Position numbers and translations under genes: made by a program. Source: Bacteroidia bacterium (GTDB lineage Bacteria; Bacteroidota; Bacteroidia; Bacteroidales; VadinHA17). From it: a DNA stretch of 57,974 bases. Shown piece after piece: positions 43,584-52,246 of the stretch. Under the pieces are notes generated by a model. That model worked only from the letters and a program-made list of their open reading frames with translations. It was not told where the DNA came from and did no database searches. The stretch spans positions 1 through 57,974 of the forward strand of contig JAPLDY010000033.1 in the NCBI GenBank assembly GCA_026391595.1, read 5' to 3'. The first letter of the stretch is position 1. Each line of letters starts with the position of its first letter.

Positions 43584-45143
43584 TTGGAAAGAAAAATATA
43601 TAAGCTTCTTCTGATCAGTCCCGCTCAACCCTACATTGGTTATACCGCCCATGCACAGCTTGCCAGGATGTTCGGTAAGAAGAGACTGATGATCCCTCTG
43701 GCATTGCCGGTTGTTGCAGCATATACTCCTGATCATTATGATATACTCATAGTTGATGAAGAAACAGAGGATGTACCTGTGGACTATCATCCCGATATTG
43801 TAGGTATAACAACTCTGAACGCCACCAGGGAAAGAGCATTCCAGTTAGGAGATTTTTTCAAAGCTAAAGGAATTCCGGTTGTGATGGGAGGTATAAATGC
43901 TTCGGTACTGCCTGAGGAATATCTTGAACATTCAGATGCAGTCGTAATTGGAGAAGCCGAAAATGCCTGGGAACGCTGCCTTGAAGATTTTGAAAGGGGA
44001 GAGCTCAGAAAAAGCTACACGGCAGATCCTAAATATGATTATATGAATCCTAAGAAACCTCGGTGGGACCTGGTTAACATGGATCTTATCTTTCAGGTTG
44101 CCGTGCAGGTGACACGAGGCTGTCCGTTTAACTGTGATTTTTGCCTGGTTTCAAAAATCTTCGGCAGAAAAATGAGATTCCGGGAAACAGACAATGTGGT
44201 TGAAGAGATTAAAAGTCTGCCTTCGAAGTATATCTTTTTTGTAGATGACAATCTGACAATAAATAAGAAATATGCCCATGAGCTTATGGAGAAGATTAAG
44301 CCACTGGGAATTTCATGGGCATGCATGGCCAGCATCGATGTGGCTGACGATGAAATGCTTCTGGAGGAAATGGCTGATGCCGGCTGTTTCAATATACTTA
44401 TAGGTTTTGAATCACTGAATCCCGGCAGTCTTGATGAGACACATAAGACACACAACGAGGGCGGGAGAAACTTCACAGATGCAATAAGAAAGATTCATCA
44501 GGCCGGGATCCAGATCAATGCCTCGTTTATTGTAGGTTTTGATAACGATACCCTTGAAGAATTTGACAGAATTTATGAATTCACATTAAAAACAGGCATG
44601 TCTAACGTGAACCTACATTTGCTTGCATCGCCTCCGGGAACCGTGTTATACTCAAAGCTAAGGGATCAAGGGCGCTTGTTTAATGTCCCATTGAATATGG
44701 GAGCCGGTTTTTTCCCGACAATTCATTATGCCAGAATGGGACAGCTCGAAATGTTTGATAAGTACATGGATACAATCAAAAGACTCTATTCCTGGGAAAC
44801 GATACTGGAGAAGGCGAAGCTGTTATTTTCAAATGGCGCATTTACCAGTCATGGAGTCGATATATCATTTCTTTCAAAGTTTAGGCTTACTTCTATTTTA
44901 CTTAAGGAATTCCTCTTGACTAAAGACATAAACAAAAGAGCATTGTTCTTTTTTCTCATTATGCTTATCAGGAATAAAAGGATAGCAGTCGACAGGGCAT
45001 TCTCCTTTATGCTCTCTATGCTGAGTTCTCACAGACAGATTGCTCTGAACCTGAAACTGAATGATCATTATCGGACGCTTATCCGGCAGAATGATCTCGG
45101 GCCGTGGAATGACAGAGATCCCTTAAACTTTACGGATATATGA
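43584..45143 (+). CDS. B12-binding-domain radical SAM protein (class B, with DUF4070-like C-terminus)
   Basis: N-terminal Rossmann-like cobalamin-binding-type region (DIVGITTLNATRERAFQLGDFFKAKGIPVVMGG). CX3CX2C motif in VTRGCPFNCDFC. Confidence 0.8.
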   Translation: MERKIYKLLLISPAQPYIGYTAHAQLARMFGKKRLMIPLALPVVAAYTPDHYDILIVDEETEDVPVDYHPDIVGITTLNATRERAFQLGDFFKAKGIPVVMGGINASVLPEEYLEHSDAVVIGEAENAWERCLEDFERGELRKSYTADPKYDYMNPKKPRWDLVNMDLIFQVAVQVTRGCPFNCDFCLVSKIFGRKMRFRETDNVVEEIKSLPSKYIFFVDDNLTINKKYAHELMEKIKPLGISWACMASIDVADDEMLLEEMADAGCFNILIGFESLNPGSLDETHKTHNEGGRNFTDAIRKIHQAGIQINASFIVGFDNDTLEEFDRIYEFTLKTGMSNVNLHLLASPPGTVLYSKLRDQGRLFNVPLNMGAGFFPTIHYARMGQLEMFDKYMDTIKRLYSWETILEKAKLLFSNGAFTSHGVDISFLSKFRLTSILLKEFLLTKDINKRALFFFLIMLIRNKRIAVDRAFSFMLSMLSSHRQIALNLKLNDHYRTLIRQNDLGPWNDRDPLNFTDI

Positions 45144-46150
45144 AAAAAATATTATTGACTGGTGCATCAGGAGCGGTAGGCAGAGAGGTCTTATTAAAGC
45201 TTTGTGAACTTCAGGATGAAATTGAAATCACTGTCTTTGATATTGAAACAGAAGCTTCCAAATCTTTTTACAGGAAGGTCAAAAGGAATTTTAAGTTAAT
45301 CTACGGTGATATTTCCCGCAAGGAAGATATCTCAAGTGCATGCAAGAACAAGGATGCCATAATACATTTAGCCGCTATAATCCCTCCTGTTGCTGACAAA
45401 TACCCGAAACTGGCCGAAGCAGTCAATATAACGGGAACCAGGAACCTAATTGAATGTTTAGAGGACCTGTCGCCGGATGCATTTTTTATTTATTCATCCT
45501 CGATCTCGGTTTACGGAGACAGAAACAATGATCCATGGATAAAGAACGGCGATAAGCTTATTCCAAGTGAAAGGGATGAATATGCAAGAACCAAGATTGA
45601 AGCAGAAAAAATAATTACGGGAAGCAAACTCGACTGGACCATTTTCAGGCTTACGGCGATCATGGGAACAGACAACCATAAACCGTCAGCTCTTATGTTC
45701 CATATGCCACTTGATACAAAAATGGAGATTGCAACTCCCGGAGATACAGGAAGGGCTTTTGTCAATGCACTTGGTCATAAGGAGAAACTAAGCAGAAATA
45801 TCTATAACCTGGGAGGCGGAGAAAATTGCAGGATAAGTTACAGGGATTTCCTTTCCCGTTCATTTAAAGCCATGGGACTCGGATCTCTTGATTTTCAGAA
45901 TAACACATTTGCCGGAAAAAATTTCCATTGCGGTTATTATGCTGATGGAAATGTGCTAAATGAATTGCTTGATTTCAGGCGTGATACCATTGAAGATTAT
46001 TTCAAATATCTTGAAAAATCGGTTTCGCCATTAAGAAAGATGGCAATGGCAATATTAAGAAAGGTCATTAAGAAGAATCTCGAAAGACAGTCAGAGCCGT
46101 TAGCAGCAACAAAAACAAATAATATTGCCGACATTCATCATTATTTTTGA
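45140..46150 (+). CDS. NAD(P)-dependent epimerase/dehydratase (extended SDR)
   Basis: KILLTGASGAVGREV glycine-rich NAD motif and YARTK (YxxxK). Its start overlaps the radical SAM stop (ATGA). Confidence 0.8.
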   Translation: MKKILLTGASGAVGREVLLKLCELQDEIEITVFDIETEASKSFYRKVKRNFKLIYGDISRKEDISSACKNKDAIIHLAAIIPPVADKYPKLAEAVNITGTRNLIECLEDLSPDAFFIYSSSISVYGDRNNDPWIKNGDKLIPSERDEYARTKIEAEKIITGSKLDWTIFRLTAIMGTDNHKPSALMFHMPLDTKMEIATPGDTGRAFVNALGHKEKLSRNIYNLGGGENCRISYRDFLSRSFKAMGLGSLDFQNNTFAGKNFHCGYYADGNVLNELLDFRRDTIEDYFKYLEKSVSPLRKMAMAILRKVIKKNLERQSEPLAATKTNNIADIHHYF

Positions 46151-46321
46151 GTAAGTTCGTCCACGGTTTTAATGGGTTTATCAGGCAGTTTAAGGGAAAA
46201 TAGTCCCTCTCATTTTTTTAGGCAATAGTTTGCGCAGGTGAAGTTTATTTCTGAAATTTGATATCGGGTGATTTTTATGTAATTTCATGCTTGTTATTGT
46301 AAAATAAATACTTCTACAGAG

Positions 46322-46717
46322 ATGGGATTAAATGAGGTTCATATTCTACCGACAAAAACGACTCCTGAGATTACCCTTAATCCAAAGGGGATTGTCAAGA
46401 TAAAAGGACGGGCTATAGATGAGAGCAGGGATAAAGCTCCTGAGCAGATGACGAACTGGATTGATGAGTATGTTCTCAATCCTGCTCCGTTTACAGAGGT
46501 AATTATTGCACTGGAATTCCTGAACAGCTTTAATACACTTGTTTTAACAGCTACACTGAAGAGACTTGCGCAGGTTGTACAGCGTGGGAAAAAGATAGGG
46601 ATTCGCTGGTACTACGAAGAAGACGATGTCGACATCTTTGAGAGGGGCGAATATATTTCGGCAACTGTCAATGTCCACACTGAATTTATCAAGACAGATG
46701 ATGTAGGAAATTGTTAG
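46322..46717 (+). CDS. DUF1987 (SiaC-like) domain protein
   Basis: 131 aa. ILPTKTTPEITLNPKGIVKIKGRAIDE...LEFLNSFNTLVL...IRWYYEEDDVD follows the DUF1987 pattern. Confidence 0.65.
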   Translation: MGLNEVHILPTKTTPEITLNPKGIVKIKGRAIDESRDKAPEQMTNWIDEYVLNPAPFTEVIIALEFLNSFNTLVLTATLKRLAQVVQRGKKIGIRWYYEEDDVDIFERGEYISATVNVHTEFIKTDDVGNC

Positions 46718-46752
46718 GAATAATTTTTCTGCAGTTTTTCTGAGCCCCTTTC

Positions 46753-47367
46753 TTATTTCACTTTTAATACGATCGGAGATAATGTCATTATTTTGCCATC
46801 AGGGCTAATAGCTTTGATATTCTCAAAAATAATTGTGTTTCCGCCTGAAAGCCGGGTTATCCTTGATTTCATTTCCTCAGTAAGTTTATTCCCTTTCGCA
46901 GAAATAGACTCCATTTCTCTTGACGTAACCATAGAGAAGCTTTCTATTTCAATCTTAATGTCCGTCATAAGATCAGGTAATTTAATCTCAAGCAGATCTA
47001 TTTTCAATGCATCATCTTTTAATAGGGTTCCGGAGTATTTTCCTGCGAAAATGGCTACAGGTTCTATCCTGAATTTCTTTTCAGCTACTTTCTTGTTGTC
47101 AACCAGAACCGATATTATCGATTCCCCCATCTCTAAGGGAACAGCTTCCCAGCCCTCAGCAGATTTTGCAATTGTTCCTTTTGTGATAGTAGCAGTCACT
47201 CTATCGGCTTTTATGCCCGGTACTGCTATTTCTACCGGATTATGAATACCCAGGTACAGAATATTCATATTGCCAGCAGATACAACAATATCTTTCATGG
47301 GTTGCTGAGCAATACTGATCATCGGCAGACTTAACAGTAATATAAGAAGGCAGGAACTCTTTTTCAT
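46753..47367 (-). CDS. stand-alone GldM-like Ig-domain protein
   Basis: Signal peptide. VVSAGNMNILYLGIHNPVEIAVPGIKADRVTATITKG resembles the repeated Ig-like periplasmic domains of gliding/T9SS protein GldM. This is from memory, not a search. Confidence 0.5.
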   Translation of the reverse strand: MKKSSCLLILLLSLPMISIAQQPMKDIVVSAGNMNILYLGIHNPVEIAVPGIKADRVTATITKGTIAKSAEGWEAVPLEMGESIISVLVDNKKVAEKKFRIEPVAIFAGKYSGTLLKDDALKIDLLEIKLPDLMTDIKIEIESFSMVTSREMESISAKGNKLTEEMKSRITRLSGGNTIIFENIKAISPDGKIMTLSPIVLKVK

Positions 47368-47445
47368 AATAATGGAATTTGATAAATCAAAGCTAAGTCA
47401 TTTTTAACCAGAGTCAATTTATTTCTACAAAGCGATAGTGTAAGA

Positions 47446-47488
47446 ATAAAAAGCCCTCCTTCTCCGTCAGCTGACGGATTCGGAGGGC
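47446..47488 (-). terminator. rho-independent terminator downstream of tRNA-Ala
   Basis: The - strand reads GCCCTCCGAATCCGTCAGCTGACGGAGAAGGAGGGCTTTTT, a nested palindrome followed by a T-run. Confidence 0.7.
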
Positions 47489-47493
47489 GAAGG

Positions 47494-47567
47494 TGGAGAT
47501 TAGGGGAATCGAACCCCTGACCTTTAGACTGCCAGTCTAACGCTCTAGCCAACTGAGCTAAACCCCC
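47494..47567 (-). tRNA. tRNA-Ala (anticodon GGC)
   Basis: The reverse complement is GGGGGTTTAGCTCAGTTGGCTAGAGCGTTAGACTGGCAGTCTAAAGGTCAGGGGTTCGATTCCCCTAATCTCCA. D stem is GCTC/GAGC, anticodon stem TTAGA/TCTAA with loop CTGGCAG, T arm AGGGG-TTCGATT-CCCCT. The G3:U70 Ala identity pair is present. Confidence 0.92.
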
Positions 47568-47625
47568 ATATAAAAGGAACTTCAAAAATCTGTTATGCGC
47601 CCTAGCCTCCCGATAGCTATCGGGA

Positions 47626-47643
47626 TGAGCTAAACCCCCATAT
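47626..47643 (-). repeat. 18-bp direct repeat of the tRNA-Ala 5' end
   Basis: TGAGCTAAACCCCCATAT at 47626-47643 is identical to 47554-47571, which covers tRNA positions -4 to +14 on the - strand. The copies are 72 bp apart. Confidence 0.85.
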
Positions 47644-47651
47644 TGACTTCG

Positions 47652-47659
47652 CAAATGTA
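47652..47659 (-). promoter_or_regulatory. -7 box (TACATTTG) upstream of the duplicated tRNA-Ala 5' fragment
   Basis: The - strand reads TACATTTG, 12 nt upstream of the G1 equivalent of the upstream repeat copy. Confidence 0.5.
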
Positions 47660-47705
47660 AAGAAAAAATTAAATATTATTTAACACACTGCGCGGCTGTT
47701 TCAAT

Positions 47706-47736
47706 TTTGACAGTATAAGGCTATTTTGTAATTTTG
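47706..47736 (+). promoter_or_regulatory. Bacteroidetes-type promoter for the TonB-like gene (-33 TTTG, -7 TAATTTTG)
   Basis: TTTG at 47706-47709 and TAATTTTG at 47729-47736, with a 19-nt spacer. About 80 nt upstream of ATG 47815. Confidence 0.6.
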
Positions 47737-47814
47737 CCCGGCATTGAAATTTGGTCCAGAATATGGCACCAAAATTGACCTTGAGGTAAAGTACGGGGTA
47801 ATTAATAAAGAAAA

Positions 47815-48603
47815 ATGGGGAGGCAAAGCCGAAACATACCCACTTTTGATGATCTGGTGTTCGAATCGCGGAACAAGGAGTACGGAGCGTACCAGCTTCG
47901 GAAAAAGTATAACCGTGTCGTCGTCACAGGCATACTGTTTTCCACTTTTGTGGGATGTGCGGCAGTGATCATCCCTTCACTTTCCAGAAATAACCATGAC
48001 TATATTATTGCAGGAGGAGGAAGGTATGTTCAGGTTGAAATGGAAAACCTGCCGGCTCCTGATGAACTGATCTACATGCCGCCCCCACCACCTCCGCTCG
48101 AAAACACAAGTGCCCATGAGGTTGTGAAATATGTAGCTCCGGTCATCGTCGACTCAATTGTCCCTATCGACCAAAACCCTGTCTCCACCGATGAATTTCT
48201 TTCCCAGGCTTCGAATCCTGATCAGGAAGTTAATGGCAACGGAATCGGTGAAGAGGTTTTTATGGGAGAAGGAAGCTCCGGTGAAGGTGACGTGCTTTTT
48301 CTGGTTGAGGTGATGCCAACATTCAAAGGCGGAGGAATTGAGAAATTCCGTGAATGGGTTAACAAGAGGACAAACTACCCTCAGGCTGCCATAGATGGAA
48401 AGATAAAAGGAACCGTTTACCTTACTTTCGTAGTGGAAAAAGATGGTTCAGTAAGCAATGTCGAGGTGCTGAAGGGTGTTCATCCCCTGCTCGACAATGA
48501 GGCTGTAAAAGCTATCTCTGAATCACCAAAATGGTCCCCCGGTCTTCAGAGAGGGCAACCGGTAAGAATAAGATACCAGATACCGATGAGTTTTGTACTT
48601 TAA
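47815..48603 (+). CDS. energy transducer TonB family protein
   Basis: N-terminal FESRNKEYGAYQLRKKY plus a TM segment, then a proline-rich linker (MPPPPPPLE). C-terminal TonB domain (VMPTFKGGGIEKFREWV...GTVYLTFVVEKDGSVSNVEVLKGVHPLLDNEAVKAI...PVRIRYQIPMSF). Confidence 0.88.
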   Translation: MGRQSRNIPTFDDLVFESRNKEYGAYQLRKKYNRVVVTGILFSTFVGCAAVIIPSLSRNNHDYIIAGGGRYVQVEMENLPAPDELIYMPPPPPPLENTSAHEVVKYVAPVIVDSIVPIDQNPVSTDEFLSQASNPDQEVNGNGIGEEVFMGEGSSGEGDVLFLVEVMPTFKGGGIEKFREWVNKRTNYPQAAIDGKIKGTVYLTFVVEKDGSVSNVEVLKGVHPLLDNEAVKAISESPKWSPGLQRGQPVRIRYQIPMSFVL

Positions 48604-48680
48604 ACTTAAAGAGCAGAATTAGTGAATATTATGCCTATTTGAATTTCAATGTATTTCTTATCTTTAACACTGTAAAAAAT

Positions 48681-49859
48681 ATGTTTATGAAAAAGTATAT
48701 ACTACTGATCTTTGCAATAACACTTATCCTTACAGGATGTGGATCCTCAAAGAAACAGCTCCAAAAAGGCAACTACGACGCTGCAATTGCAACAGCGGTT
48801 AAAGAGTTGCGTAAAAATCCTGATAATGAAAAGCAGATAGCGACTCTTGAGCGCTCCTATACTGTGGTAAATGACCAGGACAACGAACGTATCAGATTTC
48901 TCAAGATGGAAGGTAGACCTCAGAACTGGGATGAAATATACCAGATCTATAAGAGAATGAACGACAGGCAGTCTCTGGTGAGAACAGTGCTGCCACTTAA
49001 ATCAGGAGGTAAGACGATCGCATATCCTTATGTCGACTATATGGCTGAGATGATATCAGCCAAAAGGAAATCAGCCGATTATTACTATGCCCATGGCAAT
49101 GAGCTTATGAAAGGCGGACTGAAGGATTCCTACCGGCAGGCTTTCTATGAGTTTGAAAGAGCAAAGGAATATGTGGGAGATTACGAAGGTATCGACAACA
49201 AAATCCAGGAAACTAAATACCTGGGAATAAGCAGGGTATTCGTGACGCTTCAGAATACCACGGCAATCAAATTCCCCCAGGACTTTGAAGAAGACCTGCT
49301 TTCTGTTGATCTACAGGCACTGAATAGTGAATGGGTTGAATTTCACACAATTAACCTCGATCAGAACACAAAATATGATTACTTCATAAATGTAAATGTG
49401 AGAAATATAGGCGTCAGCCCCGATCAGACCGCAGTGAGGGATTCTGTTGTCAAAAAAGAGGTTGAAGACGGATTCACATACCAGCTCGACAGTAAGGGTA
49501 ATGTGATGCGCGATACTTCCGGTAACGACATTAAGGTTAAAAAATACAAGACTCTTCAATGCGCGCTCATTTCGACGCTTCAAACCAAATCATGCGTTAT
49601 CGAAGGCGATATAGAGATCATCCAGATGAACCCTAATAAAATGCTCAAGAAAGAACCGATGGGCGCTCAATCTACATTCGAACATGTATCGGCAAGAGCA
49701 GTTGGCGACATTGGTGCTCTTAATGCTGCACAACTGGAGAGGACAAAAGCCAAAATAGAACCATTCCCGTCTGATACCGAAATGGTTCTGCGCTGTTCAT
49801 CTGCCCTTAAAAAAGCAATAAGGGGATCAGTTCAAACAAACAGGGGGCTTATTATTTAA
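48681..49859 (+). CDS. lipoprotein, unknown function
   Basis: The start is set at ATG 48681 (MFMKKYILLIFAITLILTGCGSS, a lipobox). The longer ORF-track start overlaps the TonB gene. Confidence 0.7.
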   Translation: MFMKKYILLIFAITLILTGCGSSKKQLQKGNYDAAIATAVKELRKNPDNEKQIATLERSYTVVNDQDNERIRFLKMEGRPQNWDEIYQIYKRMNDRQSLVRTVLPLKSGGKTIAYPYVDYMAEMISAKRKSADYYYAHGNELMKGGLKDSYRQAFYEFERAKEYVGDYEGIDNKIQETKYLGISRVFVTLQNTTAIKFPQDFEEDLLSVDLQALNSEWVEFHTINLDQNTKYDYFINVNVRNIGVSPDQTAVRDSVVKKEVEDGFTYQLDSKGNVMRDTSGNDIKVKKYKTLQCALISTLQTKSCVIEGDIEIIQMNPNKMLKKEPMGAQSTFEHVSARAVGDIGALNAAQLERTKAKIEPFPSDTEMVLRCSSALKKAIRGSVQTNRGLII

Positions 49860-51065
49860 ATGATTGAAACAGGCCAACCAGCCGAAAAGGCAATCCTTAT
49901 AGGCATAAATTATCCGGGGCAGGACGAAAAAGAAACTGAAGATTTTATAAATGAACTTTCCTTTCTGGCTGAGACAGCAGGAGCTCTGCCGGTAAGGAGG
50001 TTTATTCAGAAGCTCACCATACCTGATCCCCGAACCTTCATCGGTTCAGGCAAAACACAGGAGATAGCCCGGTTTGTTGAAGATAATGAGATCAATATTG
50101 CGATCTTCGACGATGAGCTTTCAGCCAGCCAGATCAGAAACATTGAAAAGGCGTTTGGTTGCAGGATACTCGACAGGACAAACCTGATACTTGATATTTT
50201 TGCGCGAAGGGCCCGCACGTCGCATGCCCGTACTCAGGTCGAGCTGGCTCAGTATCAATATCTTCTGCCACGTCTGGCTGGCATGTGGACACACCTCGAA
50301 AGGCAACGCGGAGGTATAGGCCTGAGAGGTCCGGGTGAAACAGAAATTGAAACTGACAGGAGGATCATCAGGGATAAAATATCCCTTCTGAAAAAACAAC
50401 TTAAGAAAATAGATATCCAGATGACCACCCAGCGTAAGAACCGCGGAAAAATGGTGAGGGTTGCACTGGTTGGCTATACTAATGTTGGCAAGTCCACTAT
50501 CATGAACCTGCTTAGCAAATCAGAGGTTTTTGCCGAGAACAAGCTTTTTGCGACACTCGACACCACTGTCCGCAAAGTAGTGATAGGCAACCTGCCTTTT
50601 CTTCTTTCAGATACTGTAGGATTTATAAGGAAGCTCCCTCATGACCTCGTAGAATCTTTTAAATCAACCCTCGACGAGGTGAGGGAATCTGACCTGCTGA
50701 TCCATGTAGTTGATATATCCCATCCAGGTTTTGAAGACCAGATAAAAGTTGTCAACGAAACGCTCCATGACCTGAAATCGTCAGACAAACCATCAATCAT
50801 TATATTCAACAAGATAGATGCATTCTCCTATATAATTAAAGATGAATACGATCTTGCACCTGTTCAAAAAGAAAACTTTTCCCTTGACGACCTTAAGAAG
50901 TCCTGGATGGCTAATGACAGGAACCATCCGGTGGTCTTTATCTCAGCAAAAACAAAAGAAAATGCTGAAGAGCTGAGAAAGCTGTTGTATGAAGAGGTGA
51001 AAAAGATCCACATTACGAGGTATCCCTATAATGATTTTCTGTTTGATAACCCCCGACCATGCTGA
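49860..51065 (+). CDS. hflX: GTPase HflX
   Basis: HflX N-terminal domain (ELSFLAETAGA, IFDDELSASQIRNIE, ILDRTNLILDIFARRA). G1 GYTNVGKST, G3 DTVGF, G4 NKID. Confidence 0.92.
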   Translation: MIETGQPAEKAILIGINYPGQDEKETEDFINELSFLAETAGALPVRRFIQKLTIPDPRTFIGSGKTQEIARFVEDNEINIAIFDDELSASQIRNIEKAFGCRILDRTNLILDIFARRARTSHARTQVELAQYQYLLPRLAGMWTHLERQRGGIGLRGPGETEIETDRRIIRDKISLLKKQLKKIDIQMTTQRKNRGKMVRVALVGYTNVGKSTIMNLLSKSEVFAENKLFATLDTTVRKVVIGNLPFLLSDTVGFIRKLPHDLVESFKSTLDEVRESDLLIHVVDISHPGFEDQIKVVNETLHDLKSSDKPSIIIFNKIDAFSYIIKDEYDLAPVQKENFSLDDLKKSWMANDRNHPVVFISAKTKENAEELRKLLYEEVKKIHITRYPYNDFLFDNPRPC

Positions 51066-51068
51066 AGC

Positions 51069-51158
51069 ATGGCCTGCCCCCTAAAGGGGGCTATAAACCC
51101 AATCGAAACTATACTACGTAATGGATTTTAACCCCCCTTTAGGGGGGCAGGGGGGCAT
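51069..51158. repeat. 90-bp inverted-repeat element made of two GCCCCC-TNNA-GGGGG hairpins
   Basis: ATGGCCTGCCCCCTAAAGGGGGCT (51069-51092) pairs imperfectly with the reverse complement of AACCCCCCTTTAGGGGGGCAGGGGGGCAT (51130-51158). It fills the gap between the convergent hflX and asd stops. Confidence 0.7.
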
Positions 51159-51162
51159 CTTA

Positions 51163-52152
51163 CTAGTAGAGTTTCTTTTCCACCATATACTCCGCAATCT
51201 GGACTGCGTTTGTGGCTGCACCTTTGCGGATATTATCAGACACAATCCAGAGGTTGAGGCATTTTTCCTTAGAGAGATCCCTTCTTATTCTTCCTACAAA
51301 CACCTCATCCCTGTTGTGTGATAGTATAGGCATAGGGTATTTATTCGTTGCAGGATCGTCATAAATGATATTACCGGGGAACTCACTGATCAATCTCCTG
51401 ACCTCATCAATATCAAAATCTTTTTTGAACTCGACGTTCACAGCCTCGGAATGGCCTCCAACAACGGGTATCCTGGCAACCGTAGCTGTCACCATTATGG
51501 TCTGATCTTCAAGTATTTTGCGAGTTTCATCAATAAGCTTCTGCTCTTCTGAAGTATACCCGTCAGCCTGAAATGATCCGCCGTGAGGGAAACAATTCAT
51601 GTCTATAGGATAAGCATAGGCCATCTCTCCCTTGATGCCGTTTCTCTCATTTTCCATCTGTTTAACAGCCTTCAAGCCTGTTCCTGTAACCGACTGGTAC
51701 GTGGCTATAACAAGCCTTTTTATTATATACTTCCTGTGAAGAGGAGCAAGTGCCATCACCATCTGGATGGTAGAACAGTTTGGATTTGCAATTATCCTGT
51801 CGCCTTTTTTGAGTACGTGGCTGTTTATTTCGGGAACAATAAGCGGAACATTCTTGTCCATTCTCCAGAATGAGGAATTGTCAATGACAATAGTGCCGTT
51901 CCTGGCAAATTCAGGTGCCCACTCTTTTGAGGTGGATGCTCCTGCTGAGAATATGGCAAATACGGGTTTTGCATCGACAGCATCCTGAACGCTTACAACT
52001 TTTACCGGTTTACCCTTGAAAATAATTTCCTTGCCTACCGACTTCTCGGATGCAGCAGGTATTAATTCAGTTACAGGGAAATTTCTTTCTTCAAGGACTT
52101 TCATCATTGTCCGGCCAACCATTCCGGTTGCTCCAACAACAGCTGTCTTCAT
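51163..52152 (-). CDS. asd: aspartate-semialdehyde dehydrogenase
   Basis: KTAVVGATGMVGRTM, IIANPNCSTIQMV (active-site Cys), ATYQSVTGTG, GHSEAVNVEF, SDNIRKGAATNAVQIAE. Confidence 0.93.
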   Translation of the reverse strand: MKTAVVGATGMVGRTMMKVLEERNFPVTELIPAASEKSVGKEIIFKGKPVKVVSVQDAVDAKPVFAIFSAGASTSKEWAPEFARNGTIVIDNSSFWRMDKNVPLIVPEINSHVLKKGDRIIANPNCSTIQMVMALAPLHRKYIIKRLVIATYQSVTGTGLKAVKQMENERNGIKGEMAYAYPIDMNCFPHGGSFQADGYTSEEQKLIDETRKILEDQTIMVTATVARIPVVGGHSEAVNVEFKKDFDIDEVRRLISEFPGNIIYDDPATNKYPMPILSHNRDEVFVGRIRRDLSKEKCLNLWIVSDNIRKGAATNAVQIAEYMVEKKLY

Positions 52153-52246
52153 AGATATAAAATTTGAAAAGATTTAAGTTAATTACTATATTTACATTAC
52201 GTTAAAAACGGTTAAAATTAACTTTTTTTTCAATCCGTCCCGCTGC

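Noticed and set aside
47364-47654. 96-aa - strand ORF spanning the tRNA-Ala region
   Set aside because: It reads straight through the tRNA-Ala gene, its terminator and the duplicated 5' fragment. This is a typical spurious ORF over structured GC-rich RNA DNA.
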